The notes under the pieces: generated by a model
What the model was told of the DNA's origin: nothing
The model's database searches: none
The model's input: the letters and a program-made list of their open reading frames with translations, nothing else
From: Octopus vulgaris
Lineage: Eukaryota
NCBI GenBank assembly: GCA_951406725.2
Contig: OX597828.1
Location: 63,116,001-63,180,000, forward strand
Length of the DNA: 64,000 nt
Direction: 5' to 3'
Shown: positions 30,701 to 44,904 of the stretch, one piece after another
Layout of the letters: every line of letters begins with the position of its first letter
Numbering within the stretch: position 1 is the stretch's first letter
Translations under genes and position numbers: made by a program

Positions 30701-33346
30701 ATCTATGTATAAAAGAGTATATGCAAAATGAAATCGGAATGGCTTCACTGACTATTTCCCCTCTTTGATAATTTGCTGTTTATTCAATGGATAGCTGGCA
30801 GAATGTTTTGTGGCAATTCACTCTTCTTTACATTCTCAGTTGAAATTCTGCTGAGGTTGACTTTGCTTTTCATCTTTTCAGGGTCGATAAAATAAGTACC
30901 TGTTGAGCACTGGAGTTGATGTAATTGACCTACTCCTCCCCTGAAATTGCTGGCTTTGTGCCAAAATTTGAAGCCAATTATTAGATGTTTATAAGTCATC
31001 TAATTATTAAAAATGGAAACAAAATTATCAGAAAAGCCATTCTTATTTATTTTTTCGAATAGATAATGCTGATGCCATCCAGTCCACTCTAGACAGTGGT
31101 TGGTGTTAGGGAGCAGGGTATTGAGTGTAAAAGCCATGCCACAGCAGGCAGTGGAGTTTGGTGCCAGCATTTAAGACAGATGTTAAATGATGATGATTAT
31201 ATATATATAATCATCATTTAATGTCTGTCTTAAATGCTGGCATGGGTTGGACAGTTTGACATGGAGCTGGCCAGACCCCAGCTGTGGCATGGCTTCTATG
31301 GCTGGATGCCCTTCCTAATGCCAACCACTTTACAGAGTGTGCTGTGTGTGTGTGTATATATATATAGACGCATAATCTCAACATGATTTTCAGATAGACT
31401 CAGTATGATAGGGAAGTATAAGCTGGACTTTTTGTATATCAGATGGACTGTACTGGGAATTATTTTCCCTCTACTCCAATGTACTCACAAGGCTTGGGTC
31501 ACCTGAGGCTTTGGTAAATGCACTTAGCCAAGATGCCATGCAGTAGGATTGAACTTAGGACCTCATTATTGCAAAAAGACCTCCTTAACCATTTAACCAT
31601 GCCTACACACACACAACTGCACACACAGAATTTTTGTGTAAATGTCTCAAGACTGTTTTTCTGTTTATCTGCTGTTTTATAATGTCTTTGTGTATGCTCA
31701 GATATAAACTCGTGTACACACTCACAACTAGCTATGACAATCTATAAATTAACCTGTTTCCTTAGCATTGCTATCAAGAATATTAGCAGTAACTGAGGTG
31801 AAGTTAAACTTAAAAATAAGTGTTCCTCTGTGTGTGTGTGTGTGTGTGTGCGTGCATACATTGATGCCTATAGATCTTGGCTATTGAAGTTTATACATAT
31901 TGAGTCCTGAGTTTGTATATCGATACATTGTGTATATAATATAAAAATACACACAAAACTTGATCCAACTTAGAAGACTTTCATATAAGGACCTGCCATA
32001 TGCTCTTGGTTACCGTCTCTGCCTGACAAGCATCTTTTGATGAGGTTTTCATTCTAAAAGTTACCATCAGTCTATGGTTTCACCGAAATTCTATCTGCAT
32101 CTGGTGTATTTTTAGATAACTGTGAATATTGCCAGAATAGCGAACAATAGCTAAAGCTTGTTTGGTGGGCTGTTAAACTAAGATACATCTAATTTCTATG
32201 GGATGGGCACAGTGTGGCAGGCCTTGAATTTATTTACTAATTAATTTTTAAAAATTTCTTATTTCAGAACTTGGTTTATATATTTCATTTGGTAGTAAAG
32301 TCTGTGGAATTAGGTACACATATTTGTTTGCTAGGTATCTAATAATAATTATAAACCTGCATTTGTTATTAGGATGATGAGGTAACAGGATCATTAAAAT
32401 GTTGCAAGAAATGCTTTGCAGTATTTTTTCTAGTACTTTATGTTCAAATCCTGCCACAAACTCATTTTATGAACCTTGAAGGGATTAAAGCGAAATACTA
32501 TTTAAGCACAGTGGGGTGGGATTTCAGTGTAAATCGACTAACCCTCTCCTGCTAAAATTACTATCCTTGTGACAAAATTTGAAGCAGTTTATTATTATTT
32601 CTTTTTATACAAAACAAACTTTGTGTGTATATATGTAATAAATATGAGGCCTGAGAGATGTGATATATCTTTCTCAAAGCTATTAACAATATGTAGAGTG
32701 ATTCCAACTGTATGTAATTTTGTTGTGGCACATGTGCATGCATGTATGTGTTTTGGTGTTAGGAAGGGCATCCAACTGTAGAAATCATGCCAAAGCTGAC
32801 ATCAAGGCCTGATGCAGCTTCTGCAGCTCATCAAACACTGTCAACATTCATTCCATGCTAGCACGGAAAATGGATGTTCTATGATAATTAATGATGGTGA
32901 TTTGTGTGTGTGTGTGTGTGTAAATGAGTATGCATGTAACACATTATTGTATGCATGCTTGTATTTGCTTCTGTGTGCTTGTAGCGTTAGCTTTGTGCAA
33001 AGTGTTGCTGTTTCAAAAGCTGCAAAAGAAATGCTGACATTTCCAAACAGACCGTTGTAAATATTAACAGTGATGGAAACCACAGCAAACATGAGATATA
33101 TCTGTGGCAGTTGAATTGATTCTAATGTCTATTTATGTTAACAAAGGGTGGTGGAGTGGGGTTGGGGCATGGGAGGCAAGTTGACATACATAGGAATTAC
33201 AAATTGTGTCGTTAGCTATTGCTTAGTACAACCACTAAAGGGATTTATTTATTTAGTAGAGGCAAGAAACACATATCTAAAGTAAATTATTAAAAGAAAT
33301 AAATGTTATTTCTTTTTTATCATTTCATCAGTATGATATCAAATAG

Positions 33347-33399
<53 letters not shown>

Positions 33400-33430
33400 G
33401 TCAGTATGATATTATCAAATACTCTTTTAC

Positions 33431-33484
<54 letters not shown>

Positions 33485-33638
33485 TGCACTCACAATGCTT
33501 TGGTTGGCGCAAGGATATACTTACATCGTATTCTGAAATAAGCCACACTACCAAAATATTGCACTGGCCCATCTTGCAAGACACTGATCTAGGCCTACTA
33601 GAAATAGAAACTGAAATCTTCCTTAAATTGTACACATT

Positions 33639-33753
33639 TTAACCTTTAGCACACTGTATCTGCATCATGTCACCGTATGAGTTTCTCCCTTGTAGTAGCA
33701 GGGCAGTGGCAAGGGAAACAATTCTAGAGAAAATGCAGTGTGCTAAAGGTTAA
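33639..33753. mobile_element. TTAA-flanked MITE (piggyBac-like), 107-bp body
   Basis: TTAA|CCTTTAGCACACTGTAT ... ATGCAGTGTGCTAAAGG|TTAA; the TIRs match at 16 of 17 positions. Confidence 0.8.
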
Positions 33754-35384
33754 ATAAACAACTGCATGCATTAAGGATGAGCTGGTCATGGTTGGAATAG
33801 TTTTGATCTTCTTGAATAGGATTGATCTGGAGTTAAGCAACAACACAAAAATATTTCACCATTAAAATTGTAATTTTAAAAAAATATATTAATTTCATAT
33901 ATAAAGCACTAGAATAATCATATTAAGGTACTGAAATGCTAAGGATATGACTATGCTGGCAGGAGTTTTACCTTGGTGTAACCAAAGCAAGCCAGGATTA
34001 GACTATATAAGAACCACCATCATAAGCCTTCTGAAACTGTAAAATGCTTGTGCAGTTATGGTAGAGGAATCAAGCAAAGATTAATGGTGAAAGTCACCAG
34101 ATATTGGAAGATGAAATTGTATTGGTGACATTGACTAGGGTCACCTAGTTTTCAAAGTGAAACACTGCTAACATCACTGGTGATCATAGAAATCATTCAG
34201 CCAAGGTATTTTATTCTTAATAAGCTCAACCCAGTGCTGATGATTTCCCTTAGATATCAGATTAAAAATTTATGAGAACCCCGAAGAATGGTGTTGAAAG
34301 ATGTTAAAATATTTTTTGTTTAAACTCCAAAACCTTGTTATTTCTCCAAGTTGAAAAACAAAAAACAATTTTTTAAAAAATCAGTGTAATATTAAGTTAA
34401 ATTTTGAATGAGTTGGTAACTTAATAAAATTCTCAAGATGTTTCTTATTAAAGTTCTGACCAGATGGTAAAAGGCATGAGAAAAAAAAATTGTGTTGCCT
34501 CTGTAAAAAGAAAAGAAATTAAAAATAAAGCAAAATACTTTCTCTAAACATCATGGGTGTTTTAAAGAGTGAGATGAGAAATAATTGTGGCAGAATGTTT
34601 TTTCTTTTTTTTTTTTTGGTATACTGGATTCCATTACCATTAAGTCTGGATTAACTCTTCATTATCATCTTCAGTGTAATTGTTCATCATCAGTGTTCAC
34701 ATCATTGTTATAAATTGTGTTTTACCATAACCATGTTCTGCATTAAAAAAAAAAAAATCTTGTTTTTTTATTTGGAATGTTATTCCTTAAATATTTTGAA
34801 ATCTCCTCCTCTTCCTTTCCTGTTCTATCACTTTCTCCTAGTTTCTATTTTTCCATTGCCGCCAATTATCAAATTTCTATCTTGACTAGAAAGTAGTGTA
34901 ATTCTTGCTGTAGGCTGGATGTTTCCTCGTCAAATCTATTTATTTAGCGAGGTTGGATGAAAATATCTGTTGTTTATGTTGTTGTTACTTCCTGTCCATA
35001 AATATTGTTGCAGGAATGGGATTAGTGTGCCAAATATTTCTTTGAAATTCTTTGGAGAGTAGGAAAAAAGCAAAATCACATTTTATCATGAAGTTCTATT
35101 TTTTTAAGAATTAAGTAATTAATGAATATTTGATTCCTTTTAAATAATAATAATTGTTATTAGTTTTCTTTTTCTTTTGGATAACTGTTTGTGTGGTATG
35201 TTGGAAAGGTTTTGCCAAAGCAAATGATTTTGATGAAATAACTGTTGTGTTTCTAACATCAGTTCTTTTTGAGCAGATCAAAGTCATAAAGGTAGCCATT
35301 TGATTGGTTAAAAGCAATGTATAGGTCTTAGATTTTGACTGAAAGGTCACAGCTCCAGTACAATTAACATATGATTAGAATATT

Positions 35385-35590
35385 GCAGAAAAAGAGTCAC
35401 AAGATAGATTCATGAAGCCAAGTCAACTGACAGGAAACCTCGGGGTAGACCAAGAATGAGATGGTTGGATAATATCCATTGTCTCAGTTGGTCATGCTTA
35501 GGAATTCAGCCAGAAAGTCTAATTAATGATGGTTGCTTCTGATGGACTTATATGGAGGAGGTGCCTGAGGACCTTTCTGGAAATAGCGGG
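35385..35590 (+). mobile_element. RTE-like LINE 3' coding remnant
   Basis: Reads RKPRGRPRMRWLDNI, a typical RTE C-terminal motif. Confidence 0.6.
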
Positions 35591-38500
35591 CAGACAAAAT
35601 CGTGGGATGGCTGTTATTTGGCCACAAGGTCAAAATATAGAATTATTACCTTGTCCAACCTTGAAAAGCACCGCTCTGAGCAGAACTTGTAAATTACTGA
35701 GATCCCTGTGATTCCCCTATGCAAGGTCTATTTGTTACTAAGAGCTTAGTGATTCAGGGAAATAGTTTTGTACATTGGTCTTGTGTTAAGAGATCCTCAC
35801 AGCTGTTAAATTTTGGGGCAAATAACCATTGTCATTCAGTGTGGTTTCTATTAAAAACTGGCTTAAGCAAGTGTACATCAGTTGTTGTCCTTCAGAAACC
35901 TCTATAAACCCTGTATAAATATTTTGGTTAGATCATTGAACTGACACAAGTAAGGTTAGCTGAACCTCCTCTTATATAAATATACCAAATCGAAGCCAAC
36001 AACACAACACTTTCCGTTGTTTTTTCTCTCTTCTCTTTTTTTTTCTTCTCATTTCTAAAGTCAACTTTTCTTCCTGCAGTTTACTGCATCCAAATCAATC
36101 CTTGGCAAGTGTGTCTTAAATACCAGTTCAGTGTTGTTGATAACCACTTGATGTTTGATCACTGTGCCATAGTGCTTATTTATTTATAACACTTCAAAAA
36201 TCTCTCCTCTGTAGTTTCTAATCTAGAAGTGTAGGCATGGTTGGATGTGTGGTCTTGGCTTTCATCCCACTGTGTAGCACCTTGGGCAAGCATCTTCTAG
36301 TATAGCCCTGGGCTGGTCAAAGCCTTCTGAGTGGATTTCGTAGATAGAATCTGAAAAAAGTCCATTATGTGTGTGTTGTTTTTCTGTGTACCCTGTTTTG
36401 ACATCATGTGATAGTTGTAAATGAGCATCACTGTCGTACAAGTGATGTTGTTTGTTTCCAATCTTCCATGAAAACATGTCTGGCCAAGAGGGGAATATTA
36501 CTCTGCATGAAAACAGGTGAGAGCTAGCAACAGGAAGGGCCTGTAATTGTAGAAAATCTAGGTCAATAGATTCCGTTCCATCCATGCAAGGATGGAAAAG
36601 TGGATGCTAAATGGTGATTGTTCTTCCTTTACTTGTTTCAGTCATTAGACTGCGGCCTTGCTGGAGCACTGCCCTACATTTATTGTGAATGAATTGACTC
36701 CAGTACTTTTTAAGCCTAGTACTTATTCTATCAGTCTCTTGCCAAACTGCTAAGTTATGGTGACATAAACACACAAGCACCAATTGTCAAGTGGGACACT
36801 CACACATGCATGCACGTGCATACACACACACACACAACAGGCTTTCAGTTTCTATCTACCAAATCTATTCATAAGGCTATAGTAGAAGACACTTGCCTAA
36901 GGTGCCATGCAGTGGGACTGAACCTGGAACCATGTGACTGGGAAGTAAACTTCTTACCACACAGTCTTACCTGTAGCATGATGATATTTTCCATTCACAT
37001 TTGTTTCCCATGCTAGTTTTGGTTGAAATGTGGAATATTTTGCTGTAATTATTACAACAAATACAGCAATCTTAGCCTCCTTTCTACTCTTTGCTTATTT
37101 TTTCTGTGATATGGTCTACTTCTTTCAGAGCTGACCAGAAAACATTCAATTGTATTTATACTTTGTTGATGTGTGTGTGTAGCATTTAACTTGATATTTC
37201 CATCTATTTACAAGATTTTCATACATTATTAGCAAGTGAAAATTTTGAGGAAAAAGCAGGAAATATTTTTCAGACCAAATAGAATTGTGCTACCCACCAG
37301 ATAATAACCTGTGGGAGGAAGGCATTGACATTCATATCCCTGCTAATGGTATACACTAAGTCACAGAGGCGGAATGGCATTTATTTTTCACTCAACATGG
37401 ATTGTGACACTTGTGGGGGAGGTGATGTGCTTTCAGTTTTGAAAATATTCCCTCATTGTCAGGGAGATATTGTTTTTTACTGTTAATTAGCCCCAATGGT
37501 CTTGCAGCAAGACAGTATAAATAATATCTGCTGAAACTGTGCAGTTTGTCAAAGCTAGCCTTGACCACATTTAAAAGGGAAACCTGCCTGCTTGATAAAT
37601 AAACATCACCTTCCTGAAAATATTCAACCTCTTGTCTCTGCCTCCCTTCTACTATTCATTGATTCTGGTCTTTAACAGGTGCTACTCTTTGTCTAACTCA
37701 TTGACCCCTTCCTTCTTGAGACACTGTACCAATCATTTCATTCTACTTCTCCCACCACACTCTGTCACTCATTTCCTTTCTCTCCTGTTCTCATTAGACA
37801 CTAACTTCTAAACAAACTGAAAATGTAACACCTCTTACTGTCACTTTGATCCCAAAGTGCTGACCCACGGTTACAGGTCAGGTTACCCTTCTAACAAGAT
37901 GGTTAGAATTTAAAAAGAAACAAAACATATGTTATGTGCCAGTTTTATCCAATATGGAGGAGAGTGAGATGTAGGAATATTAATTGATGATTAGATTGTG
38001 TTATTGAATCTGATTCTGTCCCAATGAACTTTTGGAGCCATCATTTAACCCTAACCTATCCCAACCCATTTCTTTGTTCTCCAATTAAAACAAACTTTTT
38101 TTGTAAGCAGAAAGTTTTGTCTATTACAGACCAGTTGTGATAATACTTATTTTTTGGGGATTGATTTTTGCTTTAAGTTGGCATGATATATATATAGGTA
38201 CGTGTTTGTATAAATACATATGTGTGTGTGTGTGTGTATGTTGTATATACATACATGTGTGTGTGTGTGTGTGTATTTTATATTCTTTTCTACTCTAGGT
38301 ACAAGGCCTGAAATTTTTGGGGAGGAGGAAGCAGTCGATTAGATTGACCCCAATATGCAACTGGTACTTAATTTATCGACCCCAAAAGGATGAAAGGCAA
38401 AAGTTGATCTTGGCGGAATTTCTACTCAGAACATTAAGACAGATGAAATACTGCTAAGCGTTTCGCCCGGCGTGCTGTTTCCATCAGCTCACCACTTTGT

Positions 38501-38959
38501 GTGTATTTTATATTGTGTCAGTTATTGGGCTGGGGCACTGCCTTGAATGGTTTTAGTTGAACAAATCAACCCCAGTACTTATTTTTTTAAAGCTTGGCAC
38601 TTATTCTGTTAGTTCTTTTGCCAAATTGCTAAGTTATGGAGATGTAAACAAACCAACCCTGGCTGTCAAGCAGTGGTGGGGAACAAACAAACACGTACAC
38701 GACACACGATGATCTTTTTTTTAATTTCCATCTTCTTCGGCCATTCACAAGGCTTTGATTGGCCCTGGGCTAAAGTAGAAGTCACTTGCCCCAGGTGCTA
38801 TGGAACCATCTGATTGGGAAGCGAACTTTTTACCACACAGCCAGGCCTGATGTATCTTTGAATATGTAATTCTTTATATTCTTTTAATTGGTTCCAGTCT
38901 TTGACAAAACTGCGCGGCTGCAGTTCAATCTCTATTTATTGATTGGCTAAGTCTACCTT

Positions 38960-39142
38960 TGGCCATTGTTTTGAATTTAATTATGCATGGTCTCATAGCT
39001 TTAAGATTTCGATGATGTGATTGTATATTTTTAGAATCGACATTGCAGGGTAGGTGTGAGAGGCCATATATGGCCAGTTTGAACCTAGTAGAAGTAGAAT
39101 ATTTGGGACCAGTAATGGCTGGTTTAAATGTTAATGGGTTAA
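38960..39142. mobile_element. Partial TTAA-ended MITE
   Basis: Ends TTTAAATGTTAATGGG|TTAA. Shares TTGTTTTGAATT(T)AAT.ATG with the fragment at about 41750-41822. Confidence 0.5.
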
Positions 39143-39404
39143 ATGTGGACATTTCTGTCTCAGTAGTCTGTCAATTTGATTAGTTGCACTAATTACAAGT
39201 CCTCTACTAATTACTAGACTCATTTCTTCTCTAGAATCTTTTATTTTTTCCTTGTTTCAGTCACTGAACCACAACCATGCTGGAGCACTTCCTTGGAGAG
39301 TTTAGTCAAACAAATCAACATATAATTTTAAATCTGGTACTTATTCTATCAGTTTCTTTTGCCAAACTGCTAAGTTATGGGGATATAAACAAACCAACAG
39401 TTTG

Positions 39405-39640
39405 TCTTTTTCTTCTTCTTTGAATCCCTAGCTGACAACTGGATGAGGGGGGCTGCTGTGGGTACTGGGCTCTGGTGATGATATTCCACACTTTCCAATC
39501 CATGGCCTTAGCATGCTTGTGGTTGAGGTGCTGATACTTCAGGTCTTCCTCAATTTGTTTCACCCAACATCTCCCTAAGGACCAAGATTGTCTTCTCTGC
39601 AGGCTGGTTTTGTCGGTCCTCCTCTACCTGGACCATCCTC
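39405..39640 (-). mobile_element. RTE-like LINE 3' fragment with (AAG) tail, inserted inside a SINE
   Basis: Reads WVKQIEEDLK...AKAMDWKVW. SINE halves lie on either side. Confidence 0.55.
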
Positions 39641-41824
39641 AAACAAGACCCGAACACAGGTTGTCAAGCTGTGGAGCAGACACACACACACTCACATAGA
39701 TAACTTTCCTCACCACCCCGTAGTTTCCGTCTACCAAATTCACTCTCGGGGCATTGGTTGATCTGAGGCTATATATTAGAAAGCATCTGCCCAGATTGCC
39801 GTGCAGTGGGATTGAACCCAAAACCACATGGTTGCAAAGTGAGCTTCTTAACCACACAGCCATGTTAACTCTTCAGAATTTCCTTTCTGCACATTTTCCT
39901 GCAACCATTGACTTGAAATTATTCAAGAAGAGCATTAACTGCAGGCCTCTAAAGAACTTCAAAAGCTCTGAGTGGGGTCCTTTCCTCCAGATCAACCCCA
40001 ACCCACTGTTTTTTTCTCCCTCTCCTCTCTTTCTCTCTCTAATATATTTACGTTTCCTTACATCTCTTTCTCTGTTCCTTTCATAAATATAAATCTCATC
40101 TCTGAACAATTCTTTTTTATTTCATTTTATCATGGTGTTCCCCCACCCTCACCCCTCTTCTATGTCCATCATCTTTACCTTTGAAGGACATATTTGACAC
40201 AGTGTAGTCCTTGAACTAGTTATACTAAAAGGCAGGATGGCCACAGCTGGAATACTGTGGATTATAGGCCTCCTCAATCAGGGCTGCGGTGAAAGTAAAC
40301 AACACCAGTATTAAGTTTTAAGGATGTGTTTGATGAGCTAAAAATAACCTTAGCAACTGTTATTTTCTATAACGTAATTTTGAAATGTCCTCTGCTTCTG
40401 GCCTTCCTGTGGTTAAATACCAAGCAAACTTTGATTCATATGATTTTAATGTATTTTACACAATGCTACTGAACAACAACAATGTTGATGATGATGATGA
40501 TGATAATCTGTTTTTCTTCTCGTTAGAAGATATTTTCTTCTTCCTATTATAATCTATTGAACGTTTGAGGAGGGATTGCTGTCTATTTTGTTGTTCTTCT
40601 ATAAACTGATAATTATGCTCTTTGTTTCTTGTTTTCTTAACTTTATCTCTCAAGTTATTAGAGCTTATGCCTCTGGTGATTGTTACAGCACCAACACCAC
40701 CAAAACCGTCACCACCACATCTCTTTTTTTTCTTTTTTGGAGGGGCTTCAGTGAACCAAGACGAAATATCGATCCCACTTGCCCTTCACAGGTTATGATG
40801 ATTGACATTAGTAAAACCAGTGAGTTGTAAAAAAGAGAAGAAAAAAACCGCACACAGATCAAAGACTTGTAATCACAATTCATGCAGATATGTTAGGATG
40901 ATGAAACTGATGGAGAAACGTTGACAGAACCGCAATGGAAAATACGCATGGCACATCTCCCTCGCCAGCAAGCCTTAGTTTAGAGGGTGTTCATTGTCAA
41001 ACCTTTGTCTTCTCTTTTATCATTGCATCTTCTCAATATGGCCTTTTCTATGTAAACGTATCTGATAGCTGCAATATAATCTTATTTTATTAAGTACCCA
41101 GCAGATCATTCTGATTGTCTATTCAAGAGTATACCTCATGTGCACCCCCTCCCCTCCACGAATAAGGTACACTTTGTAATGTTGTTGTTGTTGTTTACTT
41201 CCAGTTCAGCCCTGGTCATGGTCTATGATCAAAAACATTCCACCCGTGGCCATCCTGTCTTTTTTTTTCTTTTTGTGTCCATATCTGGGACTACTTTGTG
41301 TCCAGTATGTCTTTCCTTTCTTAAGATGTTAGACTGGGATTTAGCAGAAAATTTGGCTGCTATTTCTAGCAGGTCATGTAACCATGTGAGTTTCCATGTT
41401 GGTTTGTTTAGATGGCTTAAATCCTGGATGATGCAGTATTAGGTCAGCTCATTAAAAGTTGAACAAGCTCCAAACATCATCACCAATAATTGGAAAATCA
41501 GTTTAAAATTCAGGTTTCTATGTTCGGAACGTATTCAGTATTAAAGTGATAAGGACCAATATTGGTGGGTTGGTGTATTGTTGTGTCGTTACATAACATA
41601 CTTCATGTATGTTAAGTAAGTCAGTTTGGGGCAGGTTTTTGTCCTACCAGCCAAATTTCATGAAGGACTTGTAGATTATACAGTACAGCCTAGTACCATA
41701 TTTTATGGCATATAGTTTTATAAATAACTGGCTGTGCAGTGTGCTGCATTTGATCTTTTAGCATTTGGATTACTCTGTCAAATTTAATGTTTCTCTGTTT
41801 ACCTTGTTTTGAATTAATCATGGC

Positions 41825-42125
41825 AATGAGTGTTCCAGTTGATCGGATCAGTGGAACAGCCTGTTCCTGAAATTAACGTGCAAGTGGCTGAGCACTTCAG
41901 AGACAAGTGTACCCTTAACATAGTTCTCGGGGAGATTCAGCATAACACAGAATGTCACATGGCAGGCCCCTTTGGAATTACAGGTACAACTCATTTTTGC
42001 CAGCTGAGTGGACTGGAATAACTTGAAATAAAGTGTCTTGCTCTAGGACATAAATGCACTGCCAGCAATTGAACTCACAACCTTACTATCATGAGCCACA
42101 TACCCCAACCACTAAAATGTGTTTT
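41825..42125 (-). mobile_element. tRNA-derived SINE of a further family
   Basis: Shares CATTTT..CAGCTGAGTG.ACTGGA..AAC.TGAAAT.AAGTG..TTGCTC and a tRNA-like head with 53060-53200. Confidence 0.65.
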
Positions 42126-43390
42126 CACTTATGGCATGTAAGGCAGACTGGTTTTTTTTTTTTTTTTTTTTTTTCCAAAACGTCGCAAAATATCACCCCA
42201 CAATCTATATGTGAGGCTGTATTGCTGATATTGCACCAAAATTAGAAAGAATTATTGTGATTAACTTCTAAAAAAAAAAAAAGAAAACCAAATCCTCTGA
42301 ATAAACACCTGTTCAAAGACTGATCTCTTTGCCAATGTCCAGCCTGAAAAGCTTGACAATAGTCTCCATCCATTTAGCTCTTAGAAGTAACAATAACAAC
42401 AGAAAAGAGATCCTATCAAAGTTGATTTTAGAAAATCCCATATTGGGTCATTAAACTACGACTGGGAGCAGATTCTCTTCTTTCACACCTATCATGAACA
42501 CCACTGCTGCTATTACAGATACAGTGTTATGGGTTGAAACACTGGAGGGGCCTAAGCTGTTACTTGGACACTTCTTAATAAAAGATGGGACTGTCATAAA
42601 TGAAATGCCTTTGATTATAGGCCTGTCCTGACCTGAGGCTAAACAACAACAAACAAACAATTGTTTCAATAAGCAACGGTTTAAGTTTTGCTGACACAAA
42701 AATCCCAAACTGGGTCATTAAACTAGGACTGGGAGCAGATTTTCTTAGGTTTTTCAAGGTCCATTGACATTAGCTTTAAGACAACATCCTTGTTAACATT
42801 ACAAAACTGGATGAGAATTCAACCCTGCTAGAAATAGCAGTGTGTCTTGATGTTAATTTGATTGATGAAGATTTGCTAGGAATTTTCTTTCAGTTTACCT
42901 TGTTTGTTTTTCTCTTTTGTATATATTATTTTTTAAAGAAATCTATTGTTAATAGTTCCTTTGGTCTTCCATGAAATCTTTAGAACCTTCCATACTTGTC
43001 ATTTATCAGTCCTAATAAATATCTCCATATGTTAGTTAATAATAATAGAGGCCAAATTTGGTTTCTTTATTTTGTTTTCTTTTTAGTAACTTTCACAATT
43101 TTTAATTTTACTTTTAAGATATAAAACTCATTCAGAAATAGTTTTATGAGTTTATGAGGTTTTTCTCCTTTTCATTTCTTTTTCTTTTGCATTCCCTCTA
43201 AACTTATCACATTTTATGCCAGATATACAGCAAATCCATTTTTTTTTCCTGCTATTATTGTGTAATTAAAAGAAAGAAAAGACACACAGTCACTCTGCTA
43301 CTGCTTGTATTGTCTCTTTCTTCTTATTCAGAAAATGAAAAAAAGGAAGGAAAAACTATTTTGCTGATATCAATTCATGCATAAATATTT

Positions 43391-43401
43391 TACGTCATTA
43401 A

Positions 43402-43446
<45 letters not shown>
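43391..43446. repeat. (TTA)n microsatellite
   Basis: Direct reading of the sequence. Confidence 0.95.
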
Positions 43447-43799
43447 AGAAACCATTGTTAAAACATCTAAGGAGCCATTATTATTGCTGCTGTTATTCCT
43501 CCTCCTCCTCCCCACCACCATTATCACTATTAAAGACATCACCATTATTGCTGCTTCTACTATTGATAATTTTTTTTTATTAGCCACAAGGGCTGATCAT
43601 AATGCAAAACATCATAGAGCAGTGTGTATACATCCCTAGATGTGGAGATATATACACACACTGAATGGACATGAATGAAAAACATAATACAACTAGAAAC
43701 AACAGGTTAAAAATTTTAATACATTCTATAGAATAAAGGTGGGGGGGAACCATCACCTGTGGTGGATCAAAGCATTCTAAAACCTCCACCCACCTTGCA

Positions 43800-44530
43800 T
43801 TCTTGGTAGTTACCCTTTCCTGACTGCATTCCTGAAGTAAATTTCAAGGCTTGGCCCTCTTACCTGTATGTACTCAACACTAGGATTCACTTATCATATC
43901 TTATCATATCTTCCTCTCCACCCTCCACTTCAAGTTGATAAGAGCTTGAGTAGAGAGCAGAGAGATAATCTTATGTTCAACCCTCTCAAATGTGTCTTTT
44001 GCCATAACCACGAGGTGAACTGCTGGCTTTGTTAAAGGTGTCCAAAAGGGATGAACTTTAGAAGGATTCAGCTGACAGTTGGATTTGTTCTGCAAATGAA
44101 AACAGCTGTTTGTTATAGTTCAACATATCAGAATTGATTGGTCACTGAGTGACTGTATGAAGAACTCTGCACTTTGACATACTGACTGCATGTTGTGAAG
44201 CGGATACTGCCATATTCTGTGGTGAATATCAGATTTAAACTGGCTGTGAGTAGTTGAGCTGCCAGATATTGATGGTTGACTCTTATCAAACTCTTTAGAC
44301 AATCCCATCAAAACCAGATCTGTACCTGATCCTCTTGATGGTGATTTACATGAGATGGAAACTATCTTCAGTGGATCTGCTTGAAATGGCATTACTTTGT
44401 GAAGGCTTGGCAACACTCTTGGCAAGAAGCACCATTTTGTGTTTTGTCAGTACTTTTGACCATAACCTTTAACTCTGCATTCAGCAGTCTGAGGTCTGGT
44501 ATTTTCTGTAATGTCCTACAAGACCCTCAG
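43800..44530 (-). mobile_element. Highly decayed L1/Tx1-like LINE 3' region (tentative)
   Basis: Minus-strand fragments HLVVMAKD and QALINLKWRVERK resemble Tx1-type ORF2 C-termini. No catalytic motif is seen. Confidence 0.35.
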
Positions 44531-44904
44531 GTGTAGGCGTGGCTGTATGGTTAAAAAGCTTGCTTGGTGTCAGCAATCCCACTGTGTGGAAGCTTGTGAG
44601 TGGATTTGGTCATTGGAAACTGAAAGAAATCCTCTGTCTGTGTGTGTGTGTGTCATTTTAATGTCAACTTTTCTATACTTGCAAGGGATGGACAGAGTTT
44701 ATTGAGGCAGATTTTCTATGGCCAGGTATTCTTCTTGTCAGACTCACTTGTTTCCAAGTAACGCAATATTTATCCATGGGCAGTCATGTTTTCACAGAAT
44801 AATGGAAATGAATCACATTGCTTATATGATAGTGACAATCATTTACAACTACCAATGTGATGTCAAGACAAGGCAACAGAGACCCTCATGCATACACGTG
44901 TATG

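Noticed and set aside
32030-32100. Hammerhead-like TTGATGAGGT...ACCGAAAT
   Set aside because: The core C is missing and neither stem I nor stem III pairing can be formed.
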